64,000 nucleotides of DNA from Parasitella parasitica NRRL 2501 (taxonomy: Eukaryota; Fungi; Mucoromycota), in NCBI GenBank assembly GCA_025201805.1, contig MU619256.1, positions 246,333 through 310,332 of the forward strand. The letters run 5' to 3'. Every line of letters starts with the position of its first letter. Positions within the stretch are counted from its first letter, which is position 1. The translations under genes were made by a program, and so were the position numbers. Below, piece after piece: positions 1-9,857 of this stretch. Under the pieces are notes generated by a model. That model ran no database searches. It was not told where the DNA came from and worked only from the letters and a program-made list of their open reading frames with translations.

Positions 1-2402
1 AGCAAAATGAAAATAAAGGCAAATCCTCTCATTTGGGTTGCACTGAGAACGGTTACACGCATACCCTCAAGCCAACTGTAATAAACAACAGCTTCATACC
101 ATCCAGTATTGACAGTGCACATACAAACAAACCCAAAAGCAGAACATTGCAGCCTACCATCAACAAACGACGTAGCATAGACTCTGAGGGCCTCAGTAAA
201 TTGCACCAAAACACCCAGGTTGAATCGTCTTTGCCAAAGCGACACAGTATGATGTCTATCGATGAACGCGAGACGGCATTGCCTAAATCAAAGCTGCCAA
301 AAAGCAAAATGCCAGTGCCCGCAAACAAGGATTCACGGCGTAACAGTAACATACAGGTGCTCGCTGTACCAAGCACTACTGCAGCAAGAAGACGCAATAG
401 TAATTTACAACAGCCTACTGCAACAAACACAAGCTTACAGAAACGCGAAAGCAGCCTGCAACAGCCTGCCGTTATAAACACTACTGAAAAGAGACGCAAC
501 AGCAGTTTGCAACAACCTACTGCCATTAGCTCAAGCTTAAAGAGACGCGACAGTAGTTTGCAGTCATCTCCTGCATTGAATGCAATTGTAACCGTGAAAA
601 GACGTAATAGCAAGCTACAGCAGCCTTCTGCCACTAAATCAAGCTTACAAAGACGTGACAGTAATTTGTCACAGCCTGCTATATCAAACACAACTGTAAA
701 AAGACGTAGCAGCAGTTTGCAGCAACCCGCCGCTACTACCAATGCCACTTTAGAAAGACGGAATAGCAGCCTGCAACAGCGAAACCAGCAAGATCAACGA
801 CGATGGAGTAGCTACGTTTCAGAGCAGGGCCAAAAACTCGCCATCTCAAAGGACCTAGTGTCAGAGAAAGAGGTCAAGACTCCACAACGCACAAGTAGCA
901 TTAATGCAAATCACGAAACATCATACAGACAAGAAGCAAAAAAGCTATCAAACAGAAACTCTATGATTATACCAACGTCAAGACGTCTTTCACGAGAAGA
1001 ACTATACGAAAATGTGGTGCAGCCTTCAAGCATTATCAGTGCAAAAAACGTATCCTACAAAGAGCCCACTCAACCTTTACTCACTGACAACCTAGCGGAT
1101 TTGTCTGAAAAAGCTAGACGCCGACATACTATCTCGGCAAGTGATAGAAACGCAAACCTCGGTCAGCTATTTAAACAGATTGCAGATAGAAAAGCTTCAT
1201 TGTACGGTGCAACTCACATCCAACCAGACTCAATTCATGAAAATTATTATCAGTACGATGTCGACCATCAAATGCAGAAAAGACACACTCTTAGTAGCGA
1301 CAGAAAATCGTATATCATCAATACTAGCTCTTATGAAAGATCGGTCGAGGAACCAAACAGATATCGCAGCAGGTTGCACAACCCTTCCAAAGATGACAAT
1401 GATCAAGCATCATCGTCATCCACTCTGAGAAGCGCTGTGCTTGGAAATAGCAAACACGCCCCTCCTGGCGATTCCAAATATCAAATTCATTCACACAGAT
1501 ACAGCGACTTTAATGCACAAGCTGATAGTGAGGAAGATGATAATACGCGTTACCAGTATGAGGTATCAAATCAAGATTATCATCAAACTGAGCAACACAT
1601 TGTGCCTTTACCTCGTTATAGCAGCAGAATGCATGCCAAACAGCGCCATAGCCAGCTTCCAGCAGACCCAGCACCAGCACCAGCACCAGCACCAGCGCCC
1701 ACATCCACAACCGTTAGCACAACACAACGTAGACACAGAGCTGCATCAATGCCTTTGAATCAGCAGCGTACAGAAGAAGAGTATTCTACTCCTGAAAAGC
1801 CCTCGTTCATGGTTGTCTCTGGTCGTTACCGCAAGCACAGTAACAGCAGCATTTCAAAATATGCCAGTGTCCCCGAAAATGCAGGTTTGACATCATTTGC
1901 TCCACCCAAAGATACTCGCCACGGCACTTCAACCGCCCATACATACCCAGAAATCCAAGTAGAAGCATCTCGTAGCAGTGGCGGCTTATCTAACTCAACG
2001 GCATCTTCGTCTCGTTCAAGCGATAAGTATTATGATCCCCCAACACCACCAACCAATGCCGTTGTTACACACCAACATAGCAAGCGAAGATCTATGCCAG
2101 TATTCAATGCCTCCATGATCGATGAACAAGTGAATAGGGCAGAAAGTCGCTACAGTAGTTATTTGGCTCGTATTCAAAGCGATAATGGCAGCACTGATTA
2201 TCAAGAGCCTACCTCAAATCGCCGTATGTTCCCTCACAGACAACGTGTCGTATCCGAAGACAATGAATACTACAAATATCAATTCGGGCAACAACGCCAA
2301 TCAAAGCAACAAACCTACAGAGATGAGGAGACTGAGGATGTTATCTCATCTGCCAAGCATTTATTGTCCCTTGTTAAAGAGCGAAGAAATCGAGCACATT
2401 AA
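1..2402 (+). CDS. Large Ser/Arg/Gln-rich disordered protein with tandem RRxS-LQQP repeats; 5' end probably outside the window
   Basis: 789-aa ORF whose frame is also open from position 3; low complexity with no recognisable folded domain; stop TAA at 2400-2402. Confidence 0.75.
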   Translation, partial: QNENKGKSSHLGCTENGYTHTLKPTVINNSFIPSSIDSAHTNKPKSRTLQPTINKRRSIDSEGLSKLHQNTQVESSLPKRHSMMSIDERETALPKSKLPKSKMPVPANKDSRRNSNIQVLAVPSTTAARRRNSNLQQPTATNTSLQKRESSLQQPAVINTTEKRRNSSLQQPTAISSSLKRRDSSLQSSPALNAIVTVKRRNSKLQQPSATKSSLQRRDSNLSQPAISNTTVKRRSSSLQQPAATTNATLERRNSSLQQRNQQDQRRWSSYVSEQGQKLAISKDLVSEKEVKTPQRTSSINANHETSYRQEAKKLSNRNSMIIPTSRRLSREELYENVVQPSSIISAKNVSYKEPTQPLLTDNLADLSEKARRRHTISASDRNANLGQLFKQIADRKASLYGATHIQPDSIHENYYQYDVDHQMQKRHTLSSDRKSYIINTSSYERSVEEPNRYRSRLHNPSKDDNDQASSSSTLRSAVLGNSKHAPPGDSKYQIHSHRYSDFNAQADSEEDDNTRYQYEVSNQDYHQTEQHIVPLPRYSSRMHAKQRHSQLPADPAPAPAPAPAPTSTTVSTTQRRHRAASMPLNQQRTEEEYSTPEKPSFMVVSGRYRKHSNSSISKYASVPENAGLTSFAPPKDTRHGTSTAHTYPEIQVEASRSSGGLSNSTASSSRSSDKYYDPPTPPTNAVVTHQHSKRRSMPVFNASMIDEQVNRAESRYSSYLARIQSDNGSTDYQEPTSNRRMFPHRQRVVSEDNEYYKYQFGQQRQSKQQTYRDEETEDVISSAKHLLSLVKERRNRAH
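385..780 (+). repeat. Coding minisatellite: 8 units of about 51-57 nt encoding [KR]R[RK]xSxLQQP
   Basis: Units RRRNSNLQQP, QKRESSLQQP, KRRNSSLQQP, KRRDSSLQSSP, KRRNSKLQQP, QRRDSNLSQP, KRRSSSLQQP and ERRNSSLQQ recur every 17-19 aa; the DNA motif agacg(c/t)...agc...cagcct also recurs. Confidence 0.85.
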
Positions 2403-3103
2403 GGAATCACACACACTCTTGTATATTGTTTGTAAAAAAAGAGTAAATAGTAATGGCCATTGTTAGCTATAGTTGTGTAATACATGTAAATCAAAGTTTT
2501 ATTAAATAAAAATTGAAAGTAACAAAAGTAACGACAGTGGCAAAAGTAGCTAGTAAAGAGGTAGAAGAAGTGATGAAAGTATATACTGCATCAAGAGCAG
2601 TTCAGTATATAATTATTAACTGTGCAGTACGTAAACATTACAATGATAATATAGGGTATTAGTTGTGCCGTATACTCTTACGAAAATCATCGCAAGTACA
2701 GTATAGTTCCGGTGTATGCAATTTCATTTAAATTGGTTTTGAGGACTTGAAGGATGGCATTTGCTCAGTAAATATCTTCTGTCAAGCATTTCGTGTGCAT
2801 AAAAATCCATTTTCCTGTGAGACAATATGATATTGGTACGCTTAACCCAAATATTTTAGCAGTGCACGTTCGATAGGATATCAAGTAAGGACATATTGTG
2901 ATGTACGTATACCTTAAAGATAAGAAATAGGATTTTCTATATTTCTAATTGTTTGCATGTGTGGGAATTTATTATGACATACGGTCAGTCAAACTCATTC
3001 AATTTGAATCCCTTCCAGGTACCAAAATATCACACATGCATATTTATTTTGTAAACAAAACTGGGTATACTTTATCAAATTAAACAAGAAAAAGAGTACG
3101 ACC

Positions 3104-4194
3104 TTAGCAGAAACCAACCTGTTTAGCAATAGATGTACAAATTATTTTATCTGCCATTTCTATATTATTTCTAGTGATATCGGAAGGCACGTTTTTCTGC
3201 TGATGACCAACCCAGATCATGCGTTCCACTTGCAAATTATAAATAATGTTGCTGCCGTTGTCATTCTCCCAACCGCCTTCGACATGGATAGAAGGGCTAA
3301 TATGGCTAACCATATGTAACTTGCCTTGCTCTGAGCTGCACCAAAGCACTTTAGATTCATCAATGACCAGCGGATTCAACAAGTTAGCATTGACAAGTAG
3401 TTGATGAATTTGATGACGCTCTTCATTGGAATTCATGTGGATTATGACGTAAATGTCATAAACTTGAGTTAATTTGATTAACAATGAAACAGTGTTTTCA
3501 TAAAACGCATGATTGGGACTATTGACATCTTTTGAAGGATTCCAGAGTATAGTCTGGAGAGAATTTGTTAGAGATCACCTAAATAAGAGTTTACATGATT
3601 ATTACAAAACTTACATTTTTCAAGGAAATTGTCAATTTTTTCTTTCCTCTGATGTTGGAGATCACACCATCCAATAACCTTGTGCTCCAGCTACCCAAAG
3701 GTGAAGCAGATCTACTGGTGCTGTCAGAAGAAGTAGGGGAAGATAAAGAAAGTGGGGAAAGAGGAGGAGTAAGCACCTGCTGTTTGTTTATTATGTTAAT
3801 AACCATAATAATGTTTTTTTTTTTGCTTGTTTGCAATAAATGCTTGTTTTACCCGACTCTTTTGATACGATAAATCTGCAAATGTACTACTTGATCTTTT
3901 CATCATCAAGGTAACGTTATTGTCTGTGGTAGTTACATGTAGTCTCTTTCTGTGATTTATGTGTAGTTGATCATCATCCAATGTTATATTATCCTTTTTT
4001 GCAGACAGGCGTTGCTGTTGGTATGCAAGTTGTTTTTTATACCAATAAACGATAATGCTTACAATAGCAGTTGCAAATGATGAATAACCCACAAACTTCA
4101 GTATCAGTGTAGGAAGTCTTTGTGGGTTGATTTTCTTTGATTGATGAAATACGCTTTGTAAGCGAAGTGGTTTATTGGCAATTGCAAAAGACAT
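3104..4194 (-). CDS. PEX22: Pex22-like peroxin (N-terminal TM anchor, C-terminal HAD-like fold), 3 exons
   Basis: TM segment FVGYSSFATAIVSIIVYWY followed by KK. C-terminal KVLWCSSEQGKLHMVSHISPSIHVE resembles the plant-type Pex22 KVLFCSTExGR...LEP.WHID region as recalled. GT-AG introns near 3777-3852 and 3554-3614. Confidence 0.55.
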
Positions 4195-4600
4195 TCCCTT
4201 TTAATTGATGTAAAGAAGGAAAAGAGTGGATGGGAGACATGCAGAGGGGTATTTATACCATTACTACAGTGTTCTTCACATGTCAATTCTCGCGTCTCTA
4301 TTTGCTCCCCGCATTTCAGTTTATCTTTGATTGTATTACCTCATGTCTTCAATTTACCCATCATATCCTTGGATATGCCTATTACACTCAAACAATTTGG
4401 AAATATTAAACTTGAAGAGAGCAATTGGTGCAAAAGGGGAGGGGCGGTTTTCGTCTCTAATCAGCATATACCAAGATTATCACCTATACATATTAGACGT
4501 TGTAATGAAAGAAAAAAAAGGGGCGTTGCATCCATCCTATAAATGATCATGGTCATGGGTTTGCATCTTCTCAAAATCATCATTATAATTTATTTTTATG

Positions 4601-5151
4601 CTACTTTGTTGCATTTGGTGAGTCTGGTATTTCAGAAGCTTTTTTGACCGCCCGAGAAAATGCTGAGTGAGGATTCAACGCCGACAAAGCATCTGTATTG
4701 TTTCCGTTATTTTGATAAATGTACTCATAGCTTAATTTACTCTGTTGATATTTTAGCTCGGTTGATTTCCAATCGTGGTTATCCTCCTCAACGTCAATCC
4801 GGCTCTCTTGCCTTTTCTTTTGCCTTAATTTGACAGTGATATATGCTGCTACGATTAAAAATATGAACATAAGCGTACCCAAGGCGCAGCCAACGATCTA
4901 GGAGTTTTGTTCAGTGTGTTGTACAAGTACTTTCGTTATTTATTGTTACCAAGCCTATGTGTTCCGGCGAATTAGCGATCGCCTCTTCCGGTTTTTGCAC
5001 AGAATCCGTGTAAAATCCGTTGGTTCCAGCTACAAATGTGAATTATGATGTTACTTGTTACAGCTTGAGTGTTATTGATGTATAGCCTAATACTTGTAGA
5101 ATTAACAACAAGCGTAGTTGGTAATCCAAGCGGTGTCTCTTGTGCATTCAT
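4601..5151 (-). CDS. Small single-pass membrane protein, at least 3 exons; possible signal-peptide exon up to 5305
   Basis: Phase-consistent exons MNAQETPLGLPTTLVVNST / GTNGFYTD...HIGL / IVGCALGTLMFIFLIVAAYITV (TM), followed by the basic stop-transfer KLRQKKR. Confidence 0.6.
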
Positions 5152-5552
5152 TTGTACTGTTTCTACATGACATTAAACAAAACTATTGTGTGAGCTTCTT
5201 TGTTCTGCTCAAATGTGCACATACATCTATAAATTACCTTTAGATGTAGCAAATAGGATAGAGGAAAAAGAGATGAAAAGCAGAATCAATAAAAAAGAAA
5301 GACATACGCTTATTTATTCTATTTATTTATTCCATGATGTCTTATTGTCATAGTGGCTGAGCCTTCAATAACATCGCCAAGTGATCACGTACTTGTGTGG
5401 ATAGTTGAGCCTACGCAAAAAAGCCTTGAGGAACACGGTTCATACGACGCTTACTCATGTTCATACAGGCGGTGGTTTTTATTCTGGAAAGAGGATCAAA
5501 GTATGTACAAATGGAAGGTATATACATGTATATGTCTGAAATGGGCTGGCAA

Positions 5553-6701
5553 TTAGATTGATTTAACAGATGGCAAAGCCATGTTTGATTTTTTTGGCGC
5601 TCTTCTATGAAATGTATCTGTTAATGTCATTTGAGAAGCTGAAGCAGTGCGTTTCAACGGAACCTCATTTGTGTTTTCGGTGATTGTGGGTATCTTTTCC
5701 AGTTTCGCATCATGATCTGGTTTCTTGATCTTTTGTTGAATTAGGCGTACCCAATCATCTGTATCCCCCAGTACTTCATAATCAAACACTTTATCCCATT
5801 CTTTTGTAGGGGCAGTGCGATTAATGAATATAACTTTTCCGTTTCTGGTTGAATGATGTATTAATTTTGCTGCCTGCTTAATAAACTTTTTAAGGGCGGG
5901 GATCTTCAGGGAGGTGCCCATAACAATCATCATATCTGGTTTTTTGCGCAAGTCCGTGTCTTGTAACTTTCCTATAGTCTCGCCATCTGGATGGTCTTCG
6001 TTATATAACACAATGTCAGGTCTCAAAGTGCCCATAGCTAATTGTCGTTTGCCTAACCGAGTGCGCTCGTTGTCATACGTCTCGCATTGTGGGCAGATTG
6101 GTGGGTTTCCGTTTCTAAACTGATCTTCATAATCAGATGTGAAATCGTAAGATGCTGTGCACAATGTACATTTAACTCTATCCATGGATCCATGGAGTCT
6201 AACCACTGATAAATCTAGTGGGTCTTCTAAGCAATCTATATTTTGTGTATAACATCGCATTAATTTGCCGCTTTCTTGTAGGTTACGAATAAATGAATGC
6301 GTGGCTGTAGGAATCGCTGTTGATATCACCGATTTTAGTTCAGCCATAAAAGTGTAGAAACATTCAGTTTGTCGTTTGTCTTTGAATAGCATGGCATCAA
6401 ATAGATCTTGCCCCTTCAATATAATATTTGGGTGTTTCTTCTTTACCAGATCATATAGTCCATCTGAAGAACGAAAATCCTATATACGGGATATTTAGTT
6501 TTCTTTTTTTTTTTTTTTTTNNNNNNNNNNTAGCTTAAAAGAGTCATTGCTTCTATATCATACAGGAATACCACCATTACAAGAAATACCGGCACCTGTA
6601 ATCACTAAGACTCTTTTACTATTGTCTATATGAGCAGCAAGTTCGGTAATAAGAGGATCAATAACTTCCGTTGGTTCATCTATAATTATTTTTGTCTTCA
6701 T
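5553..6701 (-). CDS. HST3: NAD-dependent deacetylase, Sir2 family, Hst3/Hst4 class; 2 exons
   Basis: Exon 1 ends VLVITGAGISCNGGIP and exon 2 begins DFRSSDGLY. Contains YTQNID, catalytic LHGS, zinc ligands CxxC...CxxC, RPDIVLY and MGTSLKIP. The intron contains an N gap. Confidence 0.92.
6521..6530. other. Assembly gap (10 N) next to a poly-T run
   Basis: Run of n inside the sirtuin intron. Confidence 1.
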
Positions 6702-8316
6702 GGCTTATTTTGAATAGGTATATTAATGATAATATAAATTTAGGAGAAGAAAAAGAACAAAAGAAACGAAAAAGTCATTCAATCATACTTACTCCCTATA
6801 TCAAAAATGTCTCATAAACAAGCATAAACCAATTACATTTTCTTTCATCCAAGCGAACAGCTTAGGACTGGTATGAGCAAGTTACATAGCATTTCTCAAA
6901 GCTACTTCAAGCTCAGTTACTGAATTCATCTAGGCAATATAGTAGCTGAAGTTAATTATTCTCTCATTGATACCATACACCTTAGTAAAAACTTTTTAAG
7001 GACTTGAGTTGTCCTCGGGAGCGACCAAATATTTGATAGTGGTCTTGTGATTAAACCGTTAGCCTTGATCTAAAAATTGCATTACACAATGTATGAAATA
7101 CTATTACACAACTTTATATTTGATGTTGATTACATAAAAAGTACCTTCAACACCTGCGTATGCTGCTTAAATCACGCATGTTGTTGGATTTAAGACATGC
7201 TTGTTCTGGTGGTCTTGAAAACCGATCTTCATCATTGTATCTAGCTCATTCTATTAAATGTCAGAAAAATTGATAATTTATATGTTTAATTCTACTCTAA
7301 ATGCACTGATATATGTAAGAAACATCTAACCGCATAAAATTCCTGCCTTACGCTAGGTAACGTGCAATTTTGACAGTTGAACCTCACATATTTCCAATGG
7401 CGGCATTCTCTAGCACATTTGATAAACTAATGCTTGAACATTATTTATAAGGTAATTTGATATGAATAACAAAGAAATCTACATTTATCGCTGCCATCCT
7501 TCCTTTTGAAGATTCACATTGTCAACTCTTTAAGGAAATTGATAATTTCTGGATATAGTATTGCATGGGGGATCACGCTTTTATGGTGATGGTGTCAAAT
7601 TAGTGTACAGCATGTATCCAGGAACATGAGATGTGGTTTTAAACATTGATTTACATATGTATAGCTTTTTTAGAACTCTTAGATTGTATATGCCTCAATA
7701 TCATTTGATAAAGCCAAGGATACCTTCATAGAACTATTTGGTGCATCATAATTGCTTACACAAATCGTGGATTGTCAAATGTCAGGTGTTTGACGATAAC
7801 CTTGCAAACTTAGCATGGAGAAAATTAAAATTCAATTACATTTCAGATATCACTACAATCTGCCTTAGGAGAGATAATAAGGAAAAAGAAAGGAGAATTC
7901 GAGGTAGAAGTCTCTTAACGCACCTAGTTTCTCTCATTGTAAAGGAATTTGCACTATTATTTACAAAAATTGCTTGGGTAACACGAAGGATAGTTGAGAG
8001 AAAAAATTTTTCATCTCTTCTCTAAGGGATGACTCCATTGCCATTTACACACCCCCCGCAAAAATAATTATATATTTTCCTCTTTTTTCCTTCTTCCTCA
8101 TTCCTCTTTCCTCTTTTCTCTGTAAACTCTCTCTCTATCTATTTATTTTGAATATAGATCCAAAAAAAGGCATTCAATATTCATCATACAAAGCAAACAT
8201 ATATAATAGATAAAGCATAGAAATTAAACACATTGCTGCTTTTCATCACCTCACAAATTGGAAATTGTTGCATTCAACTTTAAAATACCAGACATAAAAA
8301 TACATTCTGTTTAGAA

Positions 8317-9857
8317 ATGAGAGGCTTTGCTAATCAGTTAAGAACAAAGCAAGGTGCAATTATCGGCGCTGGTGTAGTTATTGTGATTACTGCCATCACT
8401 ATCTGGAGCTGGAAGTCTTCTTCCTCAAGCAAAAAAGACAGTAAGTTATCCCACAATTAAAATAAGGGGTTACTGGGGGAGTCTTCTCCAGAACTATTGT
8501 TGCATCCTAGAAAAAAAAAATAGAAAATAACTTGGCAGTTAAGCTATTCGTAAGCGCGTATACTAATCTGTCTTACTTTTTTTTCGTTGTTTTTTTTTGC
8601 AATCTCATGTAGGTGATTCCCCAGATGAGCGATCTGTCAAAACCAAGAAAGAATCTGTAGCTAAGGATCAAAACGACATGGTTGTCAGGCAGTCACATAT
8701 CAAGAAGGATATTGAGCAAGCATCTTCTGTTATTGTAAAGGAAGAAGGTAAATCACCACATGTCTTGGACTAAAGGAGGCGATATTAATTTTATTGTTTT
8801 GTAGTCAATACTTCAGTCAATAAAGTTGAGGATTTACCTTTGGAAAAGAAAAATGACGGGTCAGAAGAGGAAGTTAAAGTTATTGAGAAAAAGGAGGTTG
8901 TTACAGAGACTGTTGCGGAAGTTGTCGAAGGTCATTATGATGAATCCTCAAGCATAAAAAGCCATACCTTGTCAGCAGCTACTAGCAGCGCTGACGAGAC
9001 TGATATTTGTACTCCTGAACATGAAGCTAATACTGTTGCTGATGTCAAGCATTCCCAATCATCTGCTCAAACCGATACCCAAAATAACAATATTGAAAAG
9101 ATCAAGTTCGATTGGACTGAGGAGTCTGTCAAAGCTGCTTTACCTCCCATCAATCGTGATATTATTACTGTTTCTACTTCTGATGTTGACTCTGCCGAGT
9201 CCATTGCCACTGCCGAGTCCATTACCACTGCCACTGCCACCGTTACCGAATCTCAGCAACAAGAGAGTACTTTTACCGCTACTGTGATCAAATCTCAGCA
9301 ATCGAAGCAGAAAGAACAAGAAGAGTATGTTGTCATTGACTATCCCGCTGAACAAGTATCAATTAAAGAGCAAGTTGTTACTACCCCTGCTACTGTCACT
9401 ATGACCAACACTGAAGAAAAGCCAGTTTTATCCGAGAAGGTCGAAGTTTCCCCAACTCCTCTGTCAAGCTCCTTAACTGCTAGTGCACCCGAATTCGTCC
9501 CGAAATCCTGTCAACAACCCAAGAAACCAGTAAAGAAGTTTTTAACTCGTGATGAATTGATCGAACAACAACGACAACACCATATGCCAAGATCAAAAGC
9601 CAGATGTAGCCACTGGCCGCGTTGCACCAACAATAACTGTAAATTCTTCCACCCTTACAGACCTTGCCGGTAAAATTTGCATATATTTTGTTTCCTTTGA
9701 CTTTGAAAAACTAAATCATAACTGTTATCTTAGGGCTGGAGACGATTGTTCGTTCGGTGATAGATGTATGTTTGTCCACCCTAATGACTGTGCAGTCAAT
9801 GTTCGAGATGGCAACAAAAACACTGCTGCTGATACTACTACATCTATCCCAGCATAG
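8317..9857 (+). CDS. N-terminally membrane-anchored protein with a PAM2 motif and two C-terminal CCCH zinc fingers; 4 exons (8317-8440, 8613-8747, 8805-9669, 9734-9857)
   Basis: MRGFANQLRTKQ-GAIIGAGVVIVITAITIWSW-KSSSSSKK (TM); acidic E/T-rich linker; SSLTASAPEFVP (PAM2); CSHWPRCTNNNCKFFHP and spliced CRAGDDCSFGDRCMFVHP. Confidence 0.8.

Noticed and set aside
53-748. 231-aa antisense ORF with repeated GCC.LLLRL
   Set aside because: Shadow of the sense-strand coding repeat; no independent gene signals.
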